Shown here: positions 30,837-39,441 of the stretch, one piece after another
Layout: the number at the start of each line of letters is the position of its first letter
How positions within the stretch are numbered: the first letter of the stretch is position 1
Source: Myxococcota bacterium
GTDB taxonomy: Bacteria; Myxococcota; UBA4151
Direction of reading: 5' to 3'
Assembly (NCBI GenBank): GCA_040260805.1
Contig: JBDQPD010000006.1
Span: 1-60,237 of the forward strand
Length of the DNA stretch: 60,237 nt
Translations under genes and position numbers: made by a program
Notes under the pieces: model-generated
Told to the model about the DNA's origin: nothing
Databases searched by the model: none
Seen by the model: the letters and a program-made list of their open reading frames with translations, nothing else

Positions 30837-31463
30837 ATGCCACGACCTGATCTAATCATCGCCACCGGTAATCTCCATAAAGTCGAAGAGATGCGTGATC
30901 AGCTCGGCGCCTGGTTCAACGTCCAAGGCTTACCCACGTCGTACGAATCTCCCATCGAAGATGGGGACAGTTTCCACGCCAACGCTCGGATCAAGTCGGA
31001 GACGGCGGCGAAGCGTCTCCATGCGCTGTGCCTCGCTGACGATTCGGGTATCTGTGTCGATTACCTCGACGGCGCGCCGGGTATCTTTTCGGCTCGCTAC
31101 GCCGGCGAAGAGGGCGACGATGAGGCGAATAATGATCGCTTGCTGCTTGAGCTAGCGGACGTCCCCGTTGGCGAGCGAGGTGCGCGCTTTATCTGCGCCT
31201 TATCCCTAGCCACACCGCAGGGTGAAATCGCCGCCTTTGAGGGGCGCTTTGAAGGACAGGTGGGGTTTGAGCGACGAGGCGAAGGCGGGTTTGGCTACGA
31301 CCCCCTCTTCATGCTGCCTGAAGGAAAGAGTTCGGCAGAACTCGATGCCCAGGACAAACGACGACGCTCCCACCGCGGTCAAGCGCTCGCCCTCATGGCT
31401 AAAGCACTCGACGAAAGCGGTCTACTTTTGCGGTGTATTGTGGCGAAGGACGTAAACGACTAG
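30837..31463 (+). CDS. rdgB: Non-canonical purine NTP pyrophosphatase (RdgB/HAM1)
   Basis: ATGNLHK, ADDSG, APGIFSARY, GFGYDPLF, SHRG. Confidence 0.96.
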   Translation: MPRPDLIIATGNLHKVEEMRDQLGAWFNVQGLPTSYESPIEDGDSFHANARIKSETAAKRLHALCLADDSGICVDYLDGAPGIFSARYAGEEGDDEANNDRLLLELADVPVGERGARFICALSLATPQGEIAAFEGRFEGQVGFERRGEGGFGYDPLFMLPEGKSSAELDAQDKRRRSHRGQALALMAKALDESGLLLRCIVAKDVND

Positions 31464-31472
31464 AGTCGGGCT

Positions 31473-32276
31473 ATGCGTAGCATTACTCTGAGCGGCTTAC
31501 TGCTCGCCCTTTCCTGCTCTACCCCGGTCGAGGCTCCCGTTGAGTTTGATGACCTATGCGCCTTTGTTTTTGAGCACGGCAGCGATGAAGATCCCGAAGC
31601 CTTAGCTGCGGGAATTAGCAACCTGCAGAGTTGGCTCGATCAAAACCGAGGCGACGTCGAAGAAGGCTACGTGGTGAACAACTTGGACCCAGTTTGGGTC
31701 GAAGAGCATGAGGGCAAACCGTACGATCTGATGGATCTTTTAGGGGTCGCCTTCGCGATGGAATACGACCACTCCCTAGAGCGGGTCCTCGCACGTATCC
31801 TTCACGATCGAACCGACCCAAGCTTCGATGAAGAGGGCAGGCTCACCAACAAGCGAACGTACAACTCGGATCGCGAGTGCTTCATCGCGGGCACCTGCGA
31901 CTTTGTCTCTTATGAAACAGAGGCCATCCAAAACTATCCCTTAGGAATTGAAGCGACGGTTAAGTTTCATTCGGAGCTAAGACGCGTCCAAACGGCGTCA
32001 GGAACAGCGGTCGTTGCGCGCAACTGGATGACCGCACCGAGCGCCTTTAATTGGGAATGGCTGACCCTTGATCTGAGCTATTATTTGGCGGTTATCGTCG
32101 AGAAAGCGCCGAATTTGGTGGAGCGTACTGAGGCCACTTGGATGCTCGCAGGTTTTGCTGGAGCGCCGGTCTCGATCGAAATGGGCTTGAGCATGGCGCT
32201 GGATAAAATGCGCAACGGAGCCATCGGTTTTCGCAATGGCCTCGACGCCGAATTCCCAGATCCGCCGACTCCTTAA
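31473..32276 (+). CDS. Uncharacterised lipoprotein (paralog of 24288-25121)
   Basis: Lipobox LALSC; shares PVEAP-x-x-FD-x-LC, YPLG-x-E-x-TV, FNW-x-W, ERTEA-x-WMLA with the paralog. Confidence 0.8.
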   Translation: MRSITLSGLLLALSCSTPVEAPVEFDDLCAFVFEHGSDEDPEALAAGISNLQSWLDQNRGDVEEGYVVNNLDPVWVEEHEGKPYDLMDLLGVAFAMEYDHSLERVLARILHDRTDPSFDEEGRLTNKRTYNSDRECFIAGTCDFVSYETEAIQNYPLGIEATVKFHSELRRVQTASGTAVVARNWMTAPSAFNWEWLTLDLSYYLAVIVEKAPNLVERTEATWMLAGFAGAPVSIEMGLSMALDKMRNGAIGFRNGLDAEFPDPPTP

Positions 32277-32345
32277 GTTAATTCTCTAAAAGAGATGCTG
32301 GCATCCTCGGCAAAACTTCATTAGGGGAGCTTCGCCCGCTCTCGT

Positions 32346-32423
32346 CGGGGCGTAGCGCAGTCTGGTTAGCGCACCTGCTTTGGGAGCAGGGGGCCGCAGG
32401 TTCGAATCCTGCCGCCCCGACCA
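32346..32423 (+). tRNA. tRNA-Pro (TGG)
   Basis: CGGGGCGTAGCGCAGTCTGGTTAGCGCACCTGCTTTGGGAGCAGG...GGTTCGAATCC...CCA. Confidence 0.96.
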
Positions 32424-32439
32424 GCGGGCACCCTTTTAT

Positions 32440-32516
32440 GCGCCAATAGCTCAGCTGGATAGAGCAACGGCCTTCTAAGCCGTAGGTCCGAGGTTCAAAT
32501 CCTCGTTGGCGCGCCA
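32440..32516 (+). tRNA. tRNA-Arg (TCT)
   Basis: GCGCCAATAGCTCAGCTGGATAGAGCAACGGCCTTCTAAGCCGT...GGTTCAAATCC...CCA. Confidence 0.96.
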
Positions 32517-32532
32517 AGCGAGAGAGGCCACC

Positions 32533-32943
32533 ATGTCGGATCAGCACAGCAGTCACCTCATCACTTTTGCCAACCCAAAGCCCGAGCGTGATTTCGAGAT
32601 CGAGATTATCAATCCCGAATTCACCTGTCTTTGTCCGGTCACTGGCCAACCCGACTTTGCGATCTTTCGTCTGCGTTATATCGCCGACGAAGCGTGCTTA
32701 GAGCTCAAAGGCTTGAAGCTGTATTTCGGCAGCTTTCGAAACGTCGGCTGCTTTCATGAGGCGGTGACCAACCAAGTGCTAGATGACTTCGTGGCGGCTG
32801 TATCGCCACGCGCCATGGTGGTCGAAGCCGTCTTCAACATCCGAGGGGGGATCTCAACTCGGGTGCAAGCAACCCACGGCGATGTAGGTAAGCTCGATAA
32901 GGCTCCGCCGCTAAAGGGGTTGAACCCGGCAGTCTTTACCTAA
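32533..32943 (+). CDS. queF: NADPH-dependent preQ0 reductase (type I QueF)
   Basis: EFTCLCPVTGQPDF, ELKGLKLY, FHE, RGG; SD GAGG before ATG 32533. Confidence 0.94.
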   Translation: MSDQHSSHLITFANPKPERDFEIEIINPEFTCLCPVTGQPDFAIFRLRYIADEACLELKGLKLYFGSFRNVGCFHEAVTNQVLDDFVAAVSPRAMVVEAVFNIRGGISTRVQATHGDVGKLDKAPPLKGLNPAVFT

Positions 32944-34217
32944 GCTTCTGCCAGCGAGGCGACAGCCTCTAACTCACCGGTCGGCTCTTCGGGTGGCGGC
33001 GTGTACAAGACGTTGACCGACTCGACTCGCTTGCCGTCGGTCGCCTTGACCGTGAACGCATAGTCGCCAACTTGAACCTCATCCTCTAGCTCAGGTAAGC
33101 GTCCAAGATGACTCGTCACCAGCCCCGCAACGGTGTCGTATTCATCGCTCTCTTCGAACTCATGACCAACCTGGTCAGCCAAGTCACCCACGTTGCAACC
33201 GCCATCGACCCGCCAGAGGCCTTGGCCAAGCTCTTGAATGTCTTCTTCAGCGTCCTCATACTCATCGCGGATCTCGCCAACGATCACCTCGATCACATCC
33301 TCGATCGCAATGCAGCCTGAGGTGCCGCCGTGTTCATCCACGACGATCGCAAAGGGGATGCGTTTCTTTTGGAAGTCTTTAAGGACCTCATTGGTCCGCT
33401 GAAGTTCCGAAACAAAGATAGGCTCTCGCATCGCTTGCGCAGCGGTGGCGAGATTCGGGTCACGAAACAAATCGCGGATGTGTACGATGCCCACGATGTC
33501 ATCGATCGAGTCACCCTCGACCGGAAAGCGACTGTGCCCGTGCTTACCGTAGAGCATCAAAAGACCGTCACGGCTCATATCACCTTCAACGGTCACCAGC
33601 TCGGTGCGCGGAACCATCGCCTCGCGAACCGAGGTGTCATCGAGCTCGAGGACTTGGGTCAAAAGACGGTGAGCATGCGCATCGATGCTGCCATCTTTCG
33701 TGCTTTGTTCGATGTACAACTCGAGCTCGCTCTCAGAGATTGCGCGCTCACTGTCCATCGAGCCCCCTGCGAGCTCGACGGCTTTGTGCGTGAGAATCCC
33801 GAGAATAAAGGAGGCGGGCCAGAACAACAGAATCCAAGGCCGAAGCGCGAGCATCAACCCAGGCGCCAAACGGTCCGCGTGGACCGAAGCATAATTTTTG
33901 GGGATCACCTCACCAAAGATCAGGATCAGTACGGTCATGACGGCGACCGCAACACCTAAGCCGATGTCGGCAAACACCCGCGCGGCGATCGAGCCGGCTA
34001 ACGCCGAGGCTAAGATGTTGGCGATGTTGTTGCCCACTAAAATGGTGTTGCGCACGAAGTGGGGCCGATCGAGCCATAAGCGCAGCCGCTCATGCCCCTC
34101 GTCAATGAGATGCTTCGTTCGCGCTTCATTAAGGGACTGCAACGCGGACTCTGAGCCCGAGAAAAACCCGCTTAGTACAAAGCATACTGCAAATATTAGT
34201 AGTTCGCCGGCGCTCAT
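32940..34217 (-). CDS. CorB/CNNM (HlyC/CorC 'hemolysin') family transporter: DUF21 + CBS pair + CorC_HlyC
   Basis: SGFFSGSESA, ILVGNN, FGEVIPK, MVPR, HSRFPV, VVDEHGG, EDVIE-x-IVGEI-x-DE. Confidence 0.93.
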   Translation of the reverse strand: MSAGELLIFAVCFVLSGFFSGSESALQSLNEARTKHLIDEGHERLRLWLDRPHFVRNTILVGNNIANILASALAGSIAARVFADIGLGVAVAVMTVLILIFGEVIPKNYASVHADRLAPGLMLALRPWILLFWPASFILGILTHKAVELAGGSMDSERAISESELELYIEQSTKDGSIDAHAHRLLTQVLELDDTSVREAMVPRTELVTVEGDMSRDGLLMLYGKHGHSRFPVEGDSIDDIVGIVHIRDLFRDPNLATAAQAMREPIFVSELQRTNEVLKDFQKKRIPFAIVVDEHGGTSGCIAIEDVIEVIVGEIRDEYEDAEEDIQELGQGLWRVDGGCNVGDLADQVGHEFEESDEYDTVAGLVTSHLGRLPELEDEVQVGDYAFTVKATDGKRVESVNVLYTPPPEEPTGELEAVASLAEA

Positions 34218-34285
34218 GAGGAGTTCTCATCGGCCCGGTTCGGCGGCGCTGTAGCCGCCCCGATAGGCGGAGGTTGGTCGGTCAA
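34214..34285 (-). CDS. Putative 23-aa proline-rich leader peptide MTDQPPPIGAATAPPNRADENSS
   Basis: GGAGG 10 nt before TTG 34285; TGA overlaps the corB ATG (ATGA). Confidence 0.55.
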   Translation of the reverse strand: MTDQPPPIGAATAPPNRADENSS

Positions 34286-34372
34286 CTTGTGTTGGCCTCC
34301 CTGCTGCCGGATTATTCCGGCGCCGAGTCCAACGTAAGCCATGCCGATTGCGGCCGCAAGCTTTAGGCGCCC

Positions 34373-35302
34373 TCAAAAGAGGGCGTCCACCCCTAGAATG
34401 GTATCTTTCAAGCCGTAATGAGGCTCAAAGCCAGTCTCTTGTCGGAGCCGATCGTCGCTGACAATGCAGCTGTACTGGATCAAGTCGAGCTCTTCGGGCC
34501 GGAACTGGGTCACCCCTAAATTCCACGCGGGAACCAGGAGCGGGCCAAGCACCGTACGAGGCAGCGGAATCGTGGTTCTTTTGAGGGTTTCCAGCACCGT
34601 ACGCAACGACACAGGTGGCGGACCTGCGACGTTATAAGGCCCCCTAAAGCCTGGCTTCATCAGATGCTCGAGCGCTCGACCGAGATCTTCGGCATGGATC
34701 AGCTGGATCGAAGGATCAAAGCCGAGAACGACCGGTACACGCTTTCGCTCAAAGTAGCGCTGAGTGCCATTGGTCAAGCCTGGCCCCACGGCGGGGACCG
34801 AGCGGACAATGACGACTTCCATGCCCGGCTCGCGCCAGGCCGTCGCGCAGGCACGCAGATCAAGCTGAACTCGATCACGTAAACTTGAGAAGCGCTCACC
34901 TGCGAGCAAAGGCGCATCCTCATTCAAGAACACGGTATTGCTTGGTCGGTGACCGTAGAGGCGCGCCGAGCTCATAATGATGACTTTTCGAACGCCGCGC
35001 TTGCGACACAAATCAAGCAGGCGCGTGACCGCCACCACGTTGTACGCGTGATGCACCGCATCGCCGGCGCGCAGGTCGATCATCACCCCGGTATGAATCA
35101 CCACATCAAAGCGACGACGACGCATCAGCCGGTCTAAAGCGCGACGTCTCAAGTCGACAGCGGCGGTTTGAACATCGCTCGGAAACCGTGAGGGCTCTTT
35201 GGTGTCGACTGCGGTGACTTGATGATGTCGATGCAAACGTCGCACCAAGGTTCTCGCCATCGGACTTCGAGCGCCGGTGATCAAGATTCGTTCTTTGGTC
35301 AA
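34373..35302 (-). CDS. NAD-dependent epimerase/dehydratase (extended SDR)
   Basis: ILITGA Rossmann start, SSARLYG, GFDP-x-IQLIH-x-ED, GPYNVAG; the YxxxK region looks degenerate. Confidence 0.85.
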   Translation of the reverse strand: MTKERILITGARSPMARTLVRRLHRHHQVTAVDTKEPSRFPSDVQTAAVDLRRRALDRLMRRRRFDVVIHTGVMIDLRAGDAVHHAYNVVAVTRLLDLCRKRGVRKVIIMSSARLYGHRPSNTVFLNEDAPLLAGERFSSLRDRVQLDLRACATAWREPGMEVVIVRSVPAVGPGLTNGTQRYFERKRVPVVLGFDPSIQLIHAEDLGRALEHLMKPGFRGPYNVAGPPPVSLRTVLETLKRTTIPLPRTVLGPLLVPAWNLGVTQFRPEELDLIQYSCIVSDDRLRQETGFEPHYGLKDTILGVDALF

Positions 35303-36132
35303 AACACGCCGTCCCGAGCAGCGAGGCCCTCCTCGATCATCACACGAATCGTTTCGCGGACGTCTTCAACGAGCGCCGAGATCACTTGGTCATCATCGTC
35401 GTGCTTGGCGTCAAAGCGAAGCGGCTCGCCCCAGTGAATATGAAACTGGGTCGGCAGAGGCAGCGGTGTGGCCAGAATCGGTAAAGGCGGTCCGCCCATG
35501 CGACTGAACACGTCTAAGGTTCCTAGGCTCGGAAGCGACTCTTCAGCGCCGATCACTGCGACCGGGATAATCGGCACATCAGCTTGCAGCGCAAGGCGCA
35601 AAAACCCTTGCCCAAAGGCTTGCAACTCGTAGGCACGGTGAAAGGGTTTGGTGATTCCTTTTGCCCCTTCGGGGAAGACCAGAACGGAGTAGCCACGGCT
35701 CAAAAGATACAAACAGTTTTCCGGTGTCCCGGTGACCTGACCGCACTTTTCAAAGAAACTGCCGATAAAAGGAAGCCTCGCTACAAAGTGATCAACCATC
35801 GCCCTCAAGAAGCGAGGGTGAGGAGCATCGTTCATCACCGCGCCGGTGATCATCGCCGCATCAAGTGGTATCTGACCGGTGTGATTAGACACCACTAGAT
35901 AGGGCTCGTCGGGCAGGCGATCGATGTGGTAATTTTGAACTCTAAAATACTGAGTATAAGCCCAGTAAAGCGGCAGCGCAGCCTTTGGAAGCAGCTCGGG
36001 TTGAAGCCCAAAGGGATCCTGACCGAACTCGTTGAGGTCAGGGAACTCTAGCTTACTAAAAGCCTCTTCAACCTCAGACTTCATCGTCGCCCATGAGCTC
36101 GACCAGGCTAACGCTCGCTCAAAAATACTCAT
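35299..36132 (-). CDS. Lysophospholipid acyltransferase (PlsC family)
   Basis: NHTGQIPLD, FPEG, PIIPVAVIGAEE. Confidence 0.9.
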   Translation of the reverse strand: MSIFERALAWSSSWATMKSEVEEAFSKLEFPDLNEFGQDPFGLQPELLPKAALPLYWAYTQYFRVQNYHIDRLPDEPYLVVSNHTGQIPLDAAMITGAVMNDAPHPRFLRAMVDHFVARLPFIGSFFEKCGQVTGTPENCLYLLSRGYSVLVFPEGAKGITKPFHRAYELQAFGQGFLRLALQADVPIIPVAVIGAEESLPSLGTLDVFSRMGGPPLPILATPLPLPTQFHIHWGEPLRFDAKHDDDDQVISALVEDVRETIRVMIEEGLAARDGVF

Positions 36133-37064
36133 CGGCTTGCCCCTGCGCCTGCTCGGTTAGCCACTTCAGCTAAGGGCACAAACCGCCGCGCACCGGCGAC
36201 GCGCTCCACCGTACGTCTGAGCCGGTTCATCCGATCTCTAAAGGGCACCTGCAGATCCCGCCGCACCCGCCGCAAGTCAGCATCGACAGCGTCCTCAGGG
36301 GTCACATCGATCGGGTGCAACTCCAGATCGATCGGTTTGCCGCTTCGCAAAGCGAGTCGCGTCAGGTTCCAACCCAAGTGCTCACTCCCGACGATGGTCG
36401 TACCGATCCACGGCAACCCCATCGGCGCGGTCATGGGCAGCTCGACGAGACGCCGACGCTCCCCGCGCCAACCGCTTCCCTTTCGTTTGGGCCGAAAAGG
36501 TCCGCGCTGGGGCATAAACGCTTTGGGATCGCCCACTAAAGAGGCCGAGGGTCTCTCGCCCACCGACTTGAGCGCAATCACCAGCCCGCGCGCTCCCCAA
36601 TAGGCGGGCGAAGGCAACAGGCTTGAGTCGTAGGCAAAGCCAGCGGTTTCGATCGCGTCCAGCAAGGGCTCGCTCAGGTTATAACCTGGCGCGCGAAACC
36701 CCTGAGGGGGGTGACCGGTCAAGGCTTCGATCGCAGCGATCGAGCGTGCCAGCTCATCACCCAACTGCGCCGGACTCCATCGGCTCATGGCGTAATCGTG
36801 GCGGTGCGAGTGGCAAGCGATCTCGTGCCCTTCAGAGACGGCACGGCGCACACGCTGAGCGATCGCCTCGTGCTCAAGGTCTTCGGTCACCACAAAGATC
36901 GTCGAAGCCAAACCAAACTCAGCACAAAAATCGAGGAAGCAATCCAGCCCAGCGGTCAAGAAGGGGTCATCGCCTTGCTGTGGCTCTAGTCCGTGAATAG
37001 CTCGATAATGGCGCACTCCGTCGAGATCGATCGATAGAGATGCTAATCCAGCCATCGAATTCAT
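36129..37064 (-). CDS. Polysaccharide deacetylase (CE4/NodB family)
   Basis: SIDLD, HEIACHSHRH, GFRAPGY, YDSS, LHP-x-D. Confidence 0.9.
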   Translation of the reverse strand: MNSMAGLASLSIDLDGVRHYRAIHGLEPQQGDDPFLTAGLDCFLDFCAEFGLASTIFVVTEDLEHEAIAQRVRRAVSEGHEIACHSHRHDYAMSRWSPAQLGDELARSIAAIEALTGHPPQGFRAPGYNLSEPLLDAIETAGFAYDSSLLPSPAYWGARGLVIALKSVGERPSASLVGDPKAFMPQRGPFRPKRKGSGWRGERRRLVELPMTAPMGLPWIGTTIVGSEHLGWNLTRLALRSGKPIDLELHPIDVTPEDAVDADLRRVRRDLQVPFRDRMNRLRRTVERVAGARRFVPLAEVANRAGAGASR

Positions 37065-37067
37065 GAG

Positions 37068-38039
37068 TTAGTCGTCCATCTGCCAAAATTGGCCGCGCTT
37101 GCCGTAGACGATCGCTCGCCGAAGCGACGTGCGCGCAGGCACCACCGCATCCGGCTGAACGATCACATCCTCTAGGTAGCAACTGTGGCCTACCTGTGCG
37201 CCGGCGGCAATTTGTGTGCGCCCAACCAATTCGGACTTTAACCCAATATCCGCTCCTGGCTCGACCACAGGGGCGTCAAAACGCCAGAACAGTTCGTGGG
37301 CTGCAAAGAGTCGCTCAGGGGTACCGGCATCAGCCCACTTACCTGCGGTTTCATAGCCTTGAACGAGCGAACCTTGATGAATGCGCGGGATATAGGTCTG
37401 CCCGACGATACAACTAAAGTTGTCCTCTGGAATAGCCTCAATGAAGCTCGATTCAAGCAAGTGGATCCCACGAAACAAGTAGGGCTCCCCTTTGGTCTCG
37501 GGGCTCACGCCAGGTACTAAAGACTCACCCGGAACCGGTGATGGCGAGAGACCATGTTCCAGCCGAGTCACGCCGCCGCGCAGGTCTCTAACCCGGCCCT
37601 CGGCGTCTCGGCGTACGACGCCATAGCCTTCTGTTCTCGCAGGGTGAACGGCCATGGTCGCTTCCGCTTGAGTGTAAATATGCTCGGCTTTCATATCCCG
37701 CACATTGAGCTCGATCAGAATGTCGGCATTGGCGACCAGTAAGGTCCCCGAGAACAAATGGGCGGCACCCTTGATCCCGCCACCGGTCCCACGGATCTCA
37801 TCCTCAAAGACCCAATCTATTGTTAATCGGTCGCCATGGCGGTGTGCGACACGACGCTGGAGCTCGTCGCCCAGATGATGAGCGTTGATCACGACACGGT
37901 CAGCCCCAGCCTGGTCGACCAGATCAAAGCTCCAGTCGATCAACCGACGACCTGCGCACGCAACCAAGGGCTTGGGCAGGCGTTTCGTCAGCGGCTCTAA
38001 ACGTGAACCAAAACCGGCGGCTAGGATCATCACATCCAT
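37068..38039 (-). CDS. murU: Sugar-phosphate nucleotidyltransferase (MurU-like)
   Basis: LAAGFGSRL-x-PLT-x-x-x-PKPL, GTGGG, WADAGTPE; adjacent to an amgK-like gene. Confidence 0.7.
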   Translation of the reverse strand: MDVMILAAGFGSRLEPLTKRLPKPLVACAGRRLIDWSFDLVDQAGADRVVINAHHLGDELQRRVAHRHGDRLTIDWVFEDEIRGTGGGIKGAAHLFSGTLLVANADILIELNVRDMKAEHIYTQAEATMAVHPARTEGYGVVRRDAEGRVRDLRGGVTRLEHGLSPSPVPGESLVPGVSPETKGEPYLFRGIHLLESSFIEAIPEDNFSCIVGQTYIPRIHQGSLVQGYETAGKWADAGTPERLFAAHELFWRFDAPVVEPGADIGLKSELVGRTQIAAGAQVGHSCYLEDVIVQPDAVVPARTSLRRAIVYGKRGQFWQMDD

Positions 38040-38040
38040 A

Positions 38041-39051
38041 TTACACAGACCTTAATTCAGGAACTAAAGGTGCCACCAAACGGCGCAAATCAGCATACTC
38101 AGGCAGGCGATCAAAGGCCTCGTCAACGTAGGCCAAACTCAAGGGGATATGTTCGAGAAAACTCGGGTTCTTTCGCACCTGGTCGATGTAGACAAACCGA
38201 CCGGAGTCCTTGAGCTTGCGTTGCAGCGATTGAAGATCAAACCAACGCCTAAATGTGTCCGCATCGGGCATGCCCGACCGCTGGCTCCGATAACGCTCAA
38301 GAAGCTCGCTAAGTAAGGGCTCAGGCACCTCGACATAAGAGTCGCGCAACAGCGCCACTAAATCGTACAAAAACGGACCGCGCAGCGCATCCTGGAAATC
38401 GATCACGACCAACCCGCGCGGCGCCGCCATCAAATTCCGGCTCTGGTAATCCCGGTGCACAAAGCCAACCGGGATGGCGGCGACCTCCTCAGCAAGTCGC
38501 TGCAAAATGGGGTCGAGTTCAGCCCTTTGATCTGCGGGCATGGGCCCCTGCCTTGCGTCGATCAGGTACTCACGAAAATGGTCCAACTCCCAGCGCAAGA
38601 ACTCGGCATCAAACCGCTTGGCGAGACCGGGCAGGTCATCAGGCCCAGCGTCTTTAGTGCGCTCATGCAAGCGGGCTAATAGGTCGACCGCCTCGCCGTA
38701 GATATCGGCTTGTGTGCGATGAGCGAGCGCATCTTCGAGCGTCTCATCGCCCAGATCTTCGATCATCAACAGGCGCTCTTGGGGATCCCAAACATACTCT
38801 ATCGGGACCGGAATATCTTGCGCTTCAAGCCAGCTGCGCACGCGACGAAACGGGAGCTCATCGCCGCCAGTATCTCCACCGATCTCGGCGGGTTTATCTT
38901 CGAGCGGGGTGTGCATAATGACACGGCTCTCGCCGCCAAAGCGGGCGCGATAGTAGGTTCTACCGCTCGCCTGGCTCCCCAAACAGGTCACCTCAGCGTC
39001 GCCGCATCCCTGCTCTAAACACCAAGTCGCCACCACGTTTTCGTTGACCAT
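38041..39051 (-). CDS. amgK: Aminoglycoside-phosphotransferase-like MurNAc/GlcNAc anomeric kinase (AmgK-like)
   Basis: ASGRTYYR, EDLGD, HRDYQSRNLM, IDFQDA, YDLVALLRD, QRKLK-x-x-G-x-F. Confidence 0.82.
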   Translation of the reverse strand: MVNENVVATWCLEQGCGDAEVTCLGSQASGRTYYRARFGGESRVIMHTPLEDKPAEIGGDTGGDELPFRRVRSWLEAQDIPVPIEYVWDPQERLLMIEDLGDETLEDALAHRTQADIYGEAVDLLARLHERTKDAGPDDLPGLAKRFDAEFLRWELDHFREYLIDARQGPMPADQRAELDPILQRLAEEVAAIPVGFVHRDYQSRNLMAAPRGLVVIDFQDALRGPFLYDLVALLRDSYVEVPEPLLSELLERYRSQRSGMPDADTFRRWFDLQSLQRKLKDSGRFVYIDQVRKNPSFLEHIPLSLAYVDEAFDRLPEYADLRRLVAPLVPELRSV

Positions 39052-39173
39052 AAACGTCCCCCTCGTACTGGGCCTTCGCTTACCCAAAACCGGACCCTTT
39101 GGCCACTCCCGCCAAGAGCATCATAGCGTTGGCGACTAACTCGTGTTAGCTCATCCCCAAGAGGAGAGCGGTC

Positions 39174-39437
39174 ATGGCCACGATTTTAGCTGCTCTAGTT
39201 CTGTTCGCGCTGATCATGGCCGGCATGAGCATCGGCATCATTTTGTCCGAGCGAACCCTCAAGGGAACCTGCGGCGGAGAGACCGTCCGTGGACCTGATG
39301 GTCTGCCCATGCTCTGTGGGTCTTGCCCCAAAAAGGAGAGCGACATCTGCCCCACCGACAATCCGCTCGCCGCGGTTGCGATGGTCGGCAACCCGTCGCG
39401 CACCTTAAAGGAACATCCTTCCGCTTTTCGCCGCTAG
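39174..39437 (+). CDS. Small membrane protein, NqrM/DUF539-like
   Basis: N-terminal TM helix with GMSIG, then LKGTCGG and a C-x-x-C...C cluster; SD GAGGAG. Confidence 0.65.
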   Translation: MATILAALVLFALIMAGMSIGIILSERTLKGTCGGETVRGPDGLPMLCGSCPKKESDICPTDNPLAAVAMVGNPSRTLKEHPSAFRR

Positions 39438-39441
39438 GGCT

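Noticed and set aside
24215..32345. tRNA-anchored genomic island or prophage
   Set aside because: No integrase, no duplicated tRNA 3' end, and the content is housekeeping (ald, moaB, rdgB).
32278..32649. 123-aa minus-strand ORF
   Set aside because: Antisense to tRNA-Pro, tRNA-Arg and queF (GFEP motifs are typical of reverse-translated tRNAs).
34218..34372. SRP RNA, or yybP-ykoY / M-box riboswitch upstream of corB
   Set aside because: The SRP domain IV motif (CAGG...GGAA...AGCAG) and the GGGGAGUA-type consensus were not found; a leader ORF explains the region better.
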